Shown here piece after piece: positions 24,110 to 37,044 of a DNA stretch of 64,000 bases; position 1 is the first letter of the stretch, and each line of letters begins with the position of its first letter. The position numbers and the translations under genes are program-made. Source of the DNA: Mobula hypostoma. Lineage: Eukaryota. The stretch covers positions 116,748,001-116,812,000 of the forward strand of contig NC_086107.1 in the NCBI RefSeq assembly GCF_963921235.1, in the 5' to 3' direction. The notes under the pieces are model-generated. The model was not told the origin of the DNA. It did not search any database and saw only the letters and a program-made list of their open reading frames with translations.

Positions 24110-27100
24110 ACGCACACGGTCATGCACTTTAGTAGAAGAAATAAATGTGCAGACTATTTACTAAATTGGGAGAAAGTACAAAAAGCTGAGATGCAAACGG
24201 GGCTAGGGAGTGCTTGGGAGATGGTGGTAGCTGGGGGCTGAATGTCCATGGTTACACATTATATCGGAGGGATAGGAAGGTAGGCAGAGGGGGTGGCGTG
24301 GCTCTACTGGTAAAGACTGGCATCAAATCAGTAGAAAGATGTGACACAGGATCAGATTATGTTGTGGGTTGAGTTAAGAAACTGCAAGGGTAAAAGGACC
24401 CTAATGGCAATGTATACAGGGCCTGCCAACAGTGGCTGGGAGGTGGACCACAGGTTACAACAGGAAATACAAAAAGGCGTGTTGAAAGGGCAATGTTAAG
24501 GTAGTCATGGGAGATTTTAACATGTAGGGCAATTGGGAAAGTCAGGTTGGTAATGGATCTCAAGAGAGTGAGTTTTGTTGAATGCCTAAGAGATGGCTTT
24601 TCAGAGCAGTTTGTCGTTGAGCCTACTAGGGGATCAGCTATACTGGAATGGGTGTTATGTAATGAACCAGAGGTGATTAGGGAGCTTTAAGTAAAAGAAC
24701 CCTCAGGAACTAGTGATCACAATATGATTGAGTTCAACTTGAAATTTGATAGGGAGAAAGTAAAGTCTGATGTAGCAGTATTTCAGTGAAGTAAGGAAAT
24801 TACAGTGGTATGAGAGGAGTGGGCATGTGGCCAAGTGGTTAAGGCATTGGATTAGCGACCTGAAGGTCGTGAGTTCGAACCCTAGCCGAGGGAGTGTATT
24901 GTGTCCTTGAGCAAGGCACTTAATCACACGTTGCTCTGTGACAACACTGGTGCCAAGCTGTATGGGTCCTAGTGCTCTTCCCGTGGACAACATTGGTGTC
25001 GTGGGGAGGGGCGACTTGCAGCATGGGCAACTACTGGTCTTCCATACAACCTTGCCCAGGCCTGCGCCCTGGAGAGTGAAGACTTTCCAGGTGCAGATCC
25101 ATGGTCTCGCAAGAATAACGGATGCCTTTTTATGAGAGAAGAGTTGGCCAAAGTAAACTGTAAGGCGCTGCTGGCAGGGGTGTCAGCAGAGCAGCAATGG
25201 CGTGCGTTTCTGGGGAAATGAAGGGGCAGGACAGGTGTATTCCAAAAATGAAGAAATACTCAAATGGCAAAATACAACCATGGCTGACAAAGGAAGTCAA
25301 AGCTAATGTAGAAATAAAAGAGAGGGCATACAATAAAGCAAAAATTAGTGGGAAGATAGAGGATTGGGAAGTTTTTAAAAACCTATAGACAGCAACAAAA
25401 AAAAAATCATTAGAAGGTAAAATTGAAATATGAAAGCAAGCTAGCAAATAATATCAAAGTGGATAGTAAAAGTTTTTTCAAGTATGTTAAAAATGAAAGA
25501 GAAATGAGAGTGGATATAGAACTGCTAGACAATGAGGCAGGAGAAATAATAACGTGGTACAAGGAGACGGCTGAGGAACTAAAAGTATTTTGCATCAATC
25601 TTCACTGTGGAAGACACTAGCAGTATGCCTGATGTTGTAGTGTGTGAAGGAAGAGAAGTGGGTGCAGTTACTGTTACTAGAGAGAAGGTGCTCAAAAAGC
25701 TGAAAGACCTAAAGTCACGTGGACCAGATGAACTGCACCCTAGGGTTCCGAAAGAGGTAGCGTTACAGATTGTGGTGGCATTAGAAATAATCTTTTAGAA
25801 ATCATTGGACTCTGGCATGGTGCCAGAGGACTGGAAAATTGCAAATGTTACTCCACTGTTTAAGGACGAGGCAGCAGAAAGGAAATTATAGAGCCAATCG
25901 TTAAGGATGAGGTGATGGAGTACTTGGTGACACAGGACAAGATAGTACAAAGTCAGCATGGTTTCCTTCAGGGAAAATCCTGCCTGACGAACCTGTTGGA
26001 ATTCTTTAAGGAGATTACAAGTAGGATAGATGAAGGGGATTCAGTGGATGTTAAATATTTGGACTTTCAGAATGCCTTTGACAAGGTGCCACACGTGAGG
26101 CTGCTTACCAAGTTAAGAGCCCATGGCATTACAGGAAAGTTACTAACATGGTTAGAGCATTTGCTGATTGGTAGGAGGCAGCGAGAGGGATTAAAAGGAT
26201 CCTTTTCTGGTTGGCTGCCAGTGATGTTCCATGGGGGTCAGTGATGGGACCACTTCCTTTTATGCTGTTTCTAAATGATTTAGATGGAATAGATGGTTTT
26301 GTCGCCAAGTTTGGAGATGATACGAAGAGTGGTAGAGGGGCAGGTAGTGTTGAGGAAAGAGGTAGGATGCAGAAGGACTTAAAACAGATCAGGAGAATGG
26401 GCAAGAAAGTGGCAAATAAAATACAATGTTGAAAAATGCATGGTCATGCACTTTGGAAGTAGAAATAAGTGTGTCGACTATTTTCTAAACAGGGAGAAAA
26501 TCCAGGAATCTGAGATGCAGAGGGAGTTGGGTGTCCTTCTGCAGAACACCCTGAAGGTTAACTTGCAGGTTGAGGAAGGCAAATGCCATGTTAGCACTCA
26601 TATCAAGAGGTCTAGAATACAAGAGCAAAGATGTGATGCTGAGGCTTTATAAAGCACTGGTGAGGTCTCACCTTGAGTACTTTAGGCTCCTCATCTTAGA
26701 AAAGGAGAACACTGGCATTGGAGAGGGTTCAGCAGAGGTTCACAAGGATGATTCCAGGAATGAAAGGGTTATCATATAAGGAACGGTTGATGGCTCTGGG
26801 TCTGTACTCGCTGGAATTCAGAAAGATGAGGTGGAATCTCATTAAAACCTTTTGAATGTTGAAAGGCCTAGACAGAGTAAGTGTGGAAAGTATATTTCCC
26901 ATGGTGGGAATGTCTAGGACAAGAGGGCACAGGCTCAGGATAGAGGGATGCCCTTTCAAAACAGAGATGCGGAGAAATTTCTTTAGCCAAAGGGTGGTGA
27001 ATTTGTGGAATTCGAGGCCAGGTCGTTGGGTGTATTTAAGGCAGATATTGATAGGTTCTTGATTGGATATGGCATCAAAGGCCGAGAACTGGGGTTGAAG

Positions 27101-27195
27101 AGGAGAGGAAAAAAAAAAGAATCAGCCATGATGAAATGGCGTGGCAGACCTGATGGGCCAGACGGCACAATTCTGCCCCAATGTCTTATGGTCTA
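24110..27195 (+). mobile_element. Long degraded CR1 LINE, endonuclease through 3' end
   Basis: PWLTKEVK, GPDELHPRVPKE, QHGFLQGKSCLTNLLEFF, LDFQNAFDKVPH, RNFFSQRVVNLWNS. Confidence 0.9.
24817..25130 (+). mobile_element. tRNA-derived SINE with CORE-like central domain
   Basis: A box TGGCCAAGTGG, B box GTTCGAACC, central GTGTCCTTGAGCAAGGCACTTAA; TSD TATGAGAG at 24809-24816 and 25131-25138. Confidence 0.85.
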
Positions 27196-27799
27196 ATTGC
27201 CTTCTCGCCATATCCTTTAGAAAGTACAGTTGAGGTTCGGCAGGACTCTTTTCCATAGATGATGCTGCCTGGCCTGCTGCTCCTCTAGCATTTTGTGCGT
27301 GTTGCTCAGATTTCCAGCATCTGCAGATTTTCTTGTTTGCCAAATCCCTTGATGCCCCGACTGATAAAGAAATGATCATCTTACACCTTAAATATATGCA
27401 CGACTTGGCCTCCGCCAGTCTGTGGCAGAGCATTCCACAGATTTACTACTCTCTGGCTAAAAAAATTCCTCCTTACCTCTGTTCTAAAAGATCGCCCCTC
27501 AATTTTGAGGCTCTGCCCTCTAGTTCTGGAACCCCCATGAAAGGAAACATCCTCTCCACAACCATCCTATCTAGTCCTTACAACATTTGGATACGAATTT
27601 GTTTAATTTGTTACCACAGGCAGCTGTGGAGGCCAGGCTGTTGGGTGTATTTAAGGCAGAGCTTGAATGGACACGGCATTAAAAGTTGCGGGGAGAAGGC
27701 CAGGGAGTGGGGCTGAAGAGGGGAAAAAAAGGATCAGCCGTCATGAAATGGTGTAGACTTGATGGGCCAAATGCCCCAATTCTACTGCTATGTCATATA

Positions 27800-28629
27800 G
27801 TCACAACACACACAGACAGTAGAGTCTCTATTACACACGTCTCTCCGTCTGTCACAGTACAGGCATCTCTCTCACACAGTACAAGTATTATAAGTATCTC
27901 TCTCAAACACACACACACAGACAGTACAGGTATCTCTCTCACACACAGAGTACTGGTCTCTCTCTCATACACATACACACACACACACCCACACGTGTGT
28001 CCCTCTCTCTCACAGTACAGGTATCTCTCTCACACACAGAGTACTGGTATCTCTATACGACACCACCTATCAGCTCCTTACAATGAAGGCCTAACCTCGC
28101 TACCCACAGTCCTAACCCTGGCATCTCCACAACAGTTCACACTTCTATTTTTGCAAAGGTAAGACTAAAGACCCTCTCATTACCTCGCACACACAGTACA
28201 GGTATCCTTCTCTCTCTCTCACACACAAACAGTACAGATATCTCTCACTCACACACAATACAGGTATTTCTCTCTCTCTGTTCTCACACATGCAAACAGA
28301 ACAGGTATCTCTCACACACACACACAGTATAAGCATCGCGCGCACACACACAGCACAGATATCACTCACACAGACACAGTGCCATCATCTCACAAATATT
28401 ACAGGTATTTCTCTCTCACACGCACACAGCACAGGAATCCCTCTCACATACACACACAGTACGGTTAACTCTCTCATTCACACCATACAGATCTCTCTCG
28501 CAATCTCACACCGTACAGGTCTCTCACACATGCACACAGTACGGGTATCTCACACACGCACACACATACACACACAGGCATCAGTCTCTCTCTCTCACAC
28601 ACGCACACACATACACACACAGGCATCAG

Positions 28630-28662
<33 letters not shown>

Positions 28663-28695
28663 AGTATCAGTCTCTCACACACACACAGGCATCAG

Positions 28696-28731
<36 letters not shown>

Positions 28732-29410
28732 ACCCCTATCTGTCTCTCTCTCACACACACCCGTATCAAACACAGGTATCAGTCTCACACACACACACAC
28801 AGCCATCTGTCCCAGACACACAGCCATCTGTCTCTCACACACACACACACACACATACACAGGTATCAGTCACACACACACCCATGCATCAGACACACAT
28901 AAACACGTATCAGACCGACACACACACAGAGGCACCAGACTCTCTCACACACACGCAGTCGCATACACACAAAGAAAGACAGACGTATGAAATATCAGTC
29001 GCACACACACACACAGGTATCTGTCTCACACACACAGCCACAGCTATCAGACACACACAGAGACACAGGTATCAGTCTATCAACACACACATATCAGGTA
29101 TCAGTCACACACACACACACACACACACAGCCATCTGCCACACAGGTATCAGTCTCTCACACACACACACACACAGCTGTCTGTTACATATATGCAGGTA
29201 TCAGTCTCACACACACACAGGCATTAGTCAAGCACGCAGCTATCCTGTCTCACGTGCTCACACAGCTATGTGTCTACACACACACACACACAGGTATCAG
29301 TCATACACCCACATGCACACAGAGCTATCTGTCTCACGTACACACAGGACTCTGTTTCACACAAACACACACAGATCTGACATGCACACAGGACTCTGTC
29401 ACACACACAC
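27800..29410. repeat. Degenerate (CA)n/(CT)n-based tandem array (CAGGTATCAGTCTCTCACACACA-like units)
   Basis: Directly visible. Confidence 0.9.
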
Positions 29411-29585
29411 ACCTGCCTGCTCCACCCTTTCTATTTCCACATCTCCCTCCCTCTCAGTGTGAGGGCACCTGCTCTGCCTCTGCCATACCTAGCCTGGATA
29501 TCTACAACCCTGACCGCTAACCCTCCCCATTACCACCTTTATTGCAGTGGGTCCCTCCCAGCTGCTCCCCTCTCGTGGGACTCAC

Positions 29586-29661
29586 TTCTTTTGTAGTGGA
29601 GTGTCGAGGAGCTTGGGACCGTCAGGCTCGCTGTTCTCAGATGAGGCTGTGGCATCCGAAT
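29586..29661 (-). CDS. INO80E: INO80E coding exon 4 (DSDATASSENSEPDGPKLLDTPLQK)
   Basis: CAG acceptor, GTGAG donor, 76 nt, phase 1 to 2; DSDATASS motif conserved. Confidence 0.95.
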
Positions 29662-29831
29662 CTGAGTGAGGAACAATAAGAGGGATTCCTGACCTCACAA
29701 TCTACGTGGTTATGATCTTACACTCTTTGTGTGCAGTGCACTTTCCCTCTAGCTGCACTCTGTTATTATTTTCCCTTGTTCTACCTCAATGCACTGTGTA
29801 ATGATCTGATCGGCAGGAGCAGTAGCCACCA

Positions 29832-31038
29832 TAAGCTTATACCAGTACCCAAGAAGAGTACTGTGAGCTCCCTTAATGACTATCGTCCAGTAGTACTCAA
29901 ATCCACAGTGATGAAATGCTTTGACAGGTTGGTCACAGCTACAATCAACTCCTGCCGCAGCAAGGACCTGGACCAACTGCAATTTGTCTATCGCCACAAA
30001 AGATCTATGGCAGACACAATCTCAATGGCTCTTCACACGTCCTTATATCACCCGGACAATACAGACACTCCCACGTCAGGATGCTGTTCATTGACCATAG
30101 CTCAGCGTTTAACACCATCATTGCTATAATCCTGATTGATAAGCTACAGAGTCTGGGCCTCTGTACCTTCCTCTGTAGCTGGATCCTCCACTTCCTAATA
30201 GGGACACCACATAGTGCGGATTGGTAATAATAGCTCCTCCTTGCTGACGATCAACACTAGAGTACCTCAGGGGTGTATGCTTACGTTAGTGCTCTACTCC
30301 CTCTATACCCATGTCTAAGTGGTGATAGCTCAAATACCATCTATAAATTTGCTGATGATACAACCGTTGCTGGTGGGAGAGGGAGAGGGCGCACAGGAGT
30401 GAGATATGCCAGCTAGTCGAATGGTGCTGCAGCTACAACCTTGCACTCAACGTCAGTTAGACCAAAGAGCCGACGGTGGACTTCAGAAAAGGCAGGAAGA
30501 GGGAACACAAACCAATCCTCATAGAGGGATCAGATGTGAAGAGAGTGATGGATTTCAACTTCCTGGCTGTCGAGATCTCTGAGGATCCAACCTGGTCCCA
30601 ACATCGATGCAGCTATAAAGACGGGAAGACAGCAGCTGTATTTCATTAGCAGTTTGAAGAAATTGCGTTCACCTAAAACACTTGGAAACTTCTACAGATG
30701 TAACATGGAGAGCATTCTGACAGGCTGCATTGCTATGTGGTATGGGGGGGGGGTGCTACTGCACAGGATCAAAAGAAGCTACATAAAGTTGTAAAACTAG
30801 TCAGCTCCACTTTGGGTATTCGCCTCTGTAGTATCCAAGAGATGTCCATGGAGTGGTGCCTCAGAAAGACAGTGTTCATTATTAATAACCCAATCACCCA
30901 GTACACGCATCTTCTCTTACCGTAATTGATTGATTGATTTATTTTCTCTATATTATCATGTATTGCATAGTACTGCTGCTGCTGCTAAGTTAACAAATTT
31001 CACAAACTTATGCCAGTAATATGAAACCAGATTCTGAC
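29832..31038 (+). mobile_element. Degraded Rex1/Babar LINE
   Basis: [20 protein letters not shown]...[15 protein letters not shown] and a CAGATTCTGA tail. Confidence 0.85.
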
Positions 31039-31264
31039 TTATCTTTGTCTTTGGTCACTAAGCTGTTCGAAAGGTGACATTACATTGGAACAGGTGCAGA
31101 AAAGATTTATGGGAATGTTACCAGGACTGAAGGACTTAAATTATAAGGAAGACATTTGTCCCTGGATGGTAAGAGGTTGAGGGGCGACCTTATTAAATCC
31201 TGAGGGGAATACATGAGGGATGACGTGGAAAGTCACAGGGTAGGGGAGCATAAAACTCAAGGTA

Positions 31265-31500
31265 TACACTCAGTGGTAAACACTTATTAGGTACTTAGTA
31301 CTAAGTGGCCATTGAGTGTATGTTTGTGGTCTGCTGCTGTAGCCCATCCACTTCAAGTTTGATATCTTGTGCGTTCAGAGATGTTCTTCTGCATAACATT
31401 GTTGAAATGTACAAACTTGGCAACAGAGCCATTAGCTCCGTCAAACAAATCATTAATCCTTATTGAGGATCTCACCCATTTTCTTGCCTCCACACCAAGG
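31265..31500. mobile_element. Probable Tc1/mariner-derived MITE remnant
   Basis: Short TA-flanked inverted ends TACACTCAGTGG...CCATTGAGTGTA at 31265-31320. Confidence 0.45.
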
Positions 31501-31619
31501 AGTCCACTTTGATCTTTGAGGGTCTCTCTCTCTCTCTCCTTCTTCCCTGACAATTTCTTTAATTTGCAGATTCATCACAGTAAAAGGCCTTTGCAGTACA
31601 ATGAGCCTGGGTTGCCTAT

Positions 31620-31797
31620 TTACACCCTTGCGAGTCTGTGGAATGTGGAAGGAAATCGGAGCATCCCAGAGGAAACCCAGATCGTCACAGGAAGAATGCA
31701 CAAGCTCCTTACAAGAGGCAGTTTGAATGTTTGAACTTGGGTTGCTGGTTGCTGGTGCTGTAAAGCATTATGCTAACCACTATGCTACCGTGTCACC
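31620..31797 (-). mobile_element. V-SINE (HE1-like) fragment
   Basis: The minus strand has a tRNA-like head CACGGTAGCATAGTGGTTAGC and a V-domain-like GGGTTTCCTCTGGGATGCTCCGATTTCCTTCCACATTCCA. Confidence 0.75.
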
Positions 31798-32552
31798 CTT
31801 TGGGCATTCTCCCTAATCTTCTCTGCTAAAACTATTCCGTGCCAGGTCTTATCCTTGTTGCTGGAATTAGAGGGCTTGAGCTATAAGGAAAAACTTGGGT
31901 AGTTTTCTCTGGAAAGGCCGAGGCTGAGGTGAGATCTGATAGAGACTGATAAGATAATGAAAGGTACAGATAGAATAGAGAGTTGGTATCTTTTCCCCCG
32001 CAGAGTAGAAATGCCTAATACCAGAGGGCATGTATTTAAGGTCATAGAGGGGAGCTCAAAGATCCAGGGGGAACTGGATAACTGGCTTGACGGTGGGAAG
32101 CAGAGGGTAGGGTAGGGGCAGCAGGTTGTTTCTGGGACTAGAGGCCTGTGTCTGGTGGTATTCCTCTGGGCTCAGTACTGGGCCTATTGCTGCTTTTTCA
32201 TTTCTATGCACAAGATGCTTGTTGAGTATTGCATTCAGTTTTGATCGCCCTGCTGTAGGATAGATACCATGAAGCTGGAAAGAGTGCAGAGGAGACTTAC
32301 AAGGATGTTAGGATTTGAGGGAGGTTGGGCAGGTTAACTTTATTCCTTGGAGCACAGGAGACTGAGGGTGACCTTACAGACATGTATAGAGGGGCACAGA
32401 TAGGATGAATGCACAGTCTTTTCACCCAGTGTTAAGGAATCAGGAACTGGAAGGGACAGGTTTAAAGTGAGAGGGGAGAGATTTAAAAGGGACTTGAGGG
32501 GCAATATTTTTCCACACAGAGGTTGGCAAGTTTATGGAACGGGCTGCCAAAT

Positions 32553-34255
32553 GAAACATAGAAAACCTACCGCACAATACAAACCCTTCGGCCCATAATG
32601 CTGTGCTGAACACGCACTTACTTTAGAAATTACCTAGGGTTACTCATAACCCTTTAGTTTTCTAAGTTCCATGTACCTATCCAGGAGTCTCTTAAAAGAC
32701 CCTATTGTATCTGCCTTAACCACAGTTGCCAGCAGCCCATTCCACGCACTCACCACTCTCTGCGTAAAAAACTTACCCCAGACGTCTCCTCTGTACCTAC
32801 TTCCAAGCACTTTAATACTGTGCCCTCTTGTGTTAGCCATTTCAGCCCTGGGAAAAGGCCTCTGACTATCCACATGATCAATGCCTCTCATCATCTTATA
32901 CACCTCTATCAGGTCACCTCTCATCCTCCGTCGCTCCAAGGAGAAAAGGCCAAGTTCACTCAAACTATTCTCATAAGGCATGCTCCCCAATCCAGGTAAC
33001 ATCCTTGTAAGTCTCCTCTGCATCCTTTCTATAGTCTCCACATCCTTCCTGTAGTGAAGTGATCAGATCTGAGCACGGTACTGCAAGTGGGGTCTGACCA
33101 GGGTCCTATATAGCTGCAACTTTACCTCTCGGCTCTTAAACTCAATTGCATGGTTGATGGAAGGCCAATGTACCATATGCCTTCTTAACCACAGAGTCAA
33201 GCTGTGCAGCAGCTTTGAGTGTCCGATGGACTCAGACCCCAAGATCCCTCTGATTCTCCATACTGCCAAGAATCTTACCATTAATACTATATTCTGCCTA
33301 CCAAAATAAACGGATGAGGAGTTTGGAGAAGGACATAAAGATACAGAAGGCACTGGCATGAAGGGCTATGAACAACATGAAGGAAATCTGGAAGTTGAAC
33401 CTGACCAGAGGGCTTAAAAAGAGGATCTTCATAGCAGTCATAGAGTTCATTCTCATGTACGGATGCGAGACCTGAACACTCACCAAGACTATGCGAAAGT
33501 CTCTAGATGGCTGCTATACACGAATGCTCCGGCTGGCTCTTGACGTGAGTTGGCAACAGCACATGTCGAACGTCGAGCTCCATGACGACCTACCAATGCT
33601 CACCACTAAAATTGAGGCGAGAAGACTGCAACTAGCGGGGCACTGTCTACACCACCCCAAGCTACCTGCCAGCCTAGTCATCATATGGGAGTCCAAGCAT
33701 GGGAGAATGAACCCTGGGCGCCCTCCCAAGACTATGGTCAACATGGTCCTAAAAGATAGCGGCACAGCTAATATAGATGAACTGAACACACTGATGAGGG
33801 AGAGGGAGAAGTGGAGAGTCCGTCATTGTGCCCGACGCCGGCCCCCTAGGCCTGAGTCGACATAGTAGTAAAATGAACCACTTCACACTTATCTGCCACT
33901 TCTCAGCCCAGTTTTGCATCCTATCGATGGCCCACTGCAACCTCTGACAGCCCTCCACATTATACACACCTCCAACCTTTGTGTCATCATCAAATTTACT
34001 AAACCATCCATCCCTCCACTTCCTCATCCAGATTATTTACAAAAATCATGAAGAGAAGTGGTCCCAGAACAGATCCCCAAGGCACACCACTGGTCACCGA
34101 CCACCATGCAGAATATGACCTGTCTACAACCACTCTTTGCCTTTTGTGGGTGAGCCAATTCTGGATCCACAAAGCAAGGTCCCATTGGATCCCATGCCTC
34201 CTTACTTTCTCAATAAGCCTTGCTGAAATCCATATACACTACATCTACTGCTCTA
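32553..34255 (-). mobile_element. CR1 LINE fragment interrupted by an RTE
   Basis: YMDFSKA, KFDDDTKVGG, RRRMRGDLIEVYK...FFTQRVVSAWNGL; TTTCTATGTTT tail. Confidence 0.9.
33312..33869 (+). mobile_element. RTE-clade LINE 3' fragment
   Basis: LDGCYTRMLRLALDVSWQQH...RRLQLAGHC...GRPPKT; (TAG)n tail; imperfect TSD AAAAT(A/G)AAC. Confidence 0.85.
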
Positions 34256-35803
34256 CCGGGACCTAATGGTCTGCATCCCAGGGTACTTAAGGAGGTGACT
34301 TTAGAAATCGTGGACCCATTGGTAATCATTTTCCAATGTTCTATAGATTCAGGATCAGTTCCTGTGGATTGGAGGGTGGCTAATGTTGTCCCTCTCTTCA
34401 AGAAGGGAGGAAGAGAGAAAACAGGGAATTATAGACCGGTTAGCCTGACGTTGGTGGTGGGAAAGATGCTGGAGTCAATTATAAAAGATGAAATTATGAC
34501 ACATCTGGATAGCAGCAACAGGATTGGTCCAAGTCAGCATGGATTTATGAAGGGGAAATCGTGCTTGACTAATCTTCTGGAATTTTTTGAGGATGTAACT
34601 ATGAAAATGGACAAGGGAGAGCCAGTGGATGTAGTGTACCTGGACTTTCAGAAAGCCTTTGATGAAGTCCCACATAGGAGATTAGTGGGCAAAATTAGGG
34701 CACATGGTATTGGGGGCAGAGTACTGACGTGGATTGAAAATTGGCTGGCTGACAGAAAACAAAGAGTAGCGATTAACGGATTCCTTTCGGAATGACAGGC
34801 GGTGACCAGTGGGGTACCGCAGGGTTCAGTGCTGGGACCGCAGCTGTTTACAATATATATTAATGATTTAGATGAGGGAATTGGAAGTAACATTTGCAAA
34901 TTTGCTGATGACACAAAGCTGGGAGGCAGTGTGAAATGTGAGGAGGATGTTATGAGAATGCAGGGTGACTTGGACAGGCTGGGTGAGTGGGCAGATGCAG
35001 TTTAATGTGGATAAGTGTGAGGCTATCCACTTCGGTGGTAAGAACGAGAAGGCAGATTATTATCTAAATGGAGTCAAGTTAAGAAAAGGGGAAGCACTAT
35101 GAGATCTAGGTGTTCTTGTACATCAGTCACTGAAAGCAAGCATGCAGGTACAGCAGGCAGTGAAGAAAGCTAATGGCGTGCTGGCCTTCATAACAAGGGG
35201 AATTGAGTATAAGAGCAAAGAGGTCCTTCTGCAGCTGTACAGGGCCCTGGTGAGACCACACCTAGAGTACTGTGTGCAGTTTTGGTCTCCAAATTTGAGG
35301 AAGGACATTCTTGCTATTGAGGGAGTGCAGCGTAGGTTCACAAGGTTAATTCCTGGGATGGCGGGACTGTCATATGTTGAAAGATTGGAGCGACTGGGCG
35401 TGGAAACACTGGAATTTAGAAGGCTGAGAGGGGATCTTATTGAAACATATAAGATTATTAAGGAATTGGACACGCTGCAGGCAGGAAGCATGTTCCCACT
35501 GATGGGTGAGTCCAGAACCAGAGGTCACAGTTTAAGAATTAGGGGTAGGCCATTTAGAACGGAGTTGAGGAAAAACTTTTTCACCCAGAGAGTGGTGGAT
35601 ATATGGAATGCTCTGGCAATGGAGGCCAAGTCTCTGGATGCTTTCAAAAAAGAGATGGATAGAGCTCTTAAAAATAGTGGAATCAAAGGTTATGGGGATA
35701 AGGCAGGAACTGGATACTGATAGTGGATGATCAGCCATGATCACAGTGAATGGCGGTGCTGGCTCGAAGGGCCGAATGGCCTACTCCTGCACCTATTGTC
35801 TAT
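34256..35803 (+). mobile_element. CR1 LINE, RT domain to 3' end, few lesions
   Basis: ORFs 34220-34795, 34802-35005 and 35142-35720 carry canonical CR1 RT motifs. Confidence 0.95.
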
Positions 35804-36736
35804 TACCTTCACAGGAAGTTGATGAGACAACTACAAGAGTATCGCTGAAGAAGCACTTGAACAGGAACATGGGAGCCAGGATCTTAGAAGGATATGGGCT
35901 AAATGTAGGAAGTTGGGACAAGCTGGGTGGGCACTGTGGTTGGCATGGAATTGATAGGCCAAAGGGCCTGTATCTGTGCTGTGATGTTATTGCTCTATAG
36001 CTGGATGATCAGAACTTCACTAAATACTCCAAAACAGCCTCCACCACTTTGCCCCAAACATCTCCTTTGAACTTCCCCCCTCTCACCTTATATTCGTACT
36101 GGACATTTCCACCCTGGGGAGAAGGATACCAACTGCCTACTCTATGTATGCCTCCTGTAACATTTTAAACTCCTACCAGGTCTCCTCTCAGCCTCCACCA
36201 CTGCAAGGAAAACAACTCGTTTGTCTGACTGCTTCTCATAACTGAGGCTCTCTAATCCAAGCAGCATTCTGGTGAACCTGCCCCTCTCAAATCCTCTCTA
36301 AATCGCTTCTCTCTTCCGTAAAATTTGTCCCTCTGGCGTCTCTCTAGACTTTGAACACCTCTATAAGGTCATCCCTCAGCCTCCTTCACTCCAGGGAAAA
36401 CAGACCCAGCCTGCCCAGTCTCCCATTAACTCATTCCCTCCAGTCCTGGTGACAAGCTGGTGTATTTATTCTGCACCCTCTCCAGCATAATCCCAACCTG
36501 GGTAAGAAGAACTGAACACAATACTCCAGCGTGACCTCGCCCATGTCTTGTACAACTGCAACATAACGTCCCATTTCCTGTACCCAGTCTCCTGACTGAT
36601 GAAGTCCACTGTGCCAATGATTTCTTCACCACCCAGTCCACTTGTGATGCCACTTTCACACTTTCAGGGAGCTTTGCAATTGTACTCTTGGGTCCCTTTG
36701 TTCCACAGGACAATGGAGAGGAAAACAGTTACTTAC

Positions 36737-36789
36737 CAGAGGAATCATCGTTGACATTCTCGTACTCAAGTAATCGATCCAGAAGGAAG
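36737..36789 (-). CDS. INO80E: INO80E coding exon 3 (SFLLDRLLEYENVNDDSS)
   Basis: CAG acceptor, GTAAGT donor, 53 nt, phase 2 to 1; contains the conserved SFLLDRLL motif. Confidence 0.96.
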
Positions 36790-37044
36790 CTGAGTGTTGG
36801 GAAATAAAAGGGGAGGGTGTGGGGTAGAGAAAAAGATTGTTCATCTTCAAATTGGCATTGGTAATTGATTCTCTATGGTCACTTGTACCGACATACAATG
36901 CATGGCATCTAGCCAGAAATCAGATGCACCATAGAAAGAACCCTATCTGGATACATTGTGGCTTGGTACAGCAACTGTTCTGCCCGTGACTGCAAAAAAC
37001 CACAGAGAATTGTGGACATAACTCAGCACATAGTATACAGAATA

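Noticed and set aside
24820..24890. tRNA gene
   Set aside because: The tRNA-like head continues into a SINE body and tail with a TSD, and a second copy exists at 53376-53657.
28290..29520. His/Thr-rich 390-aa and 177-aa ORFs
   Set aside because: Translation of a degenerate (CA)n array.
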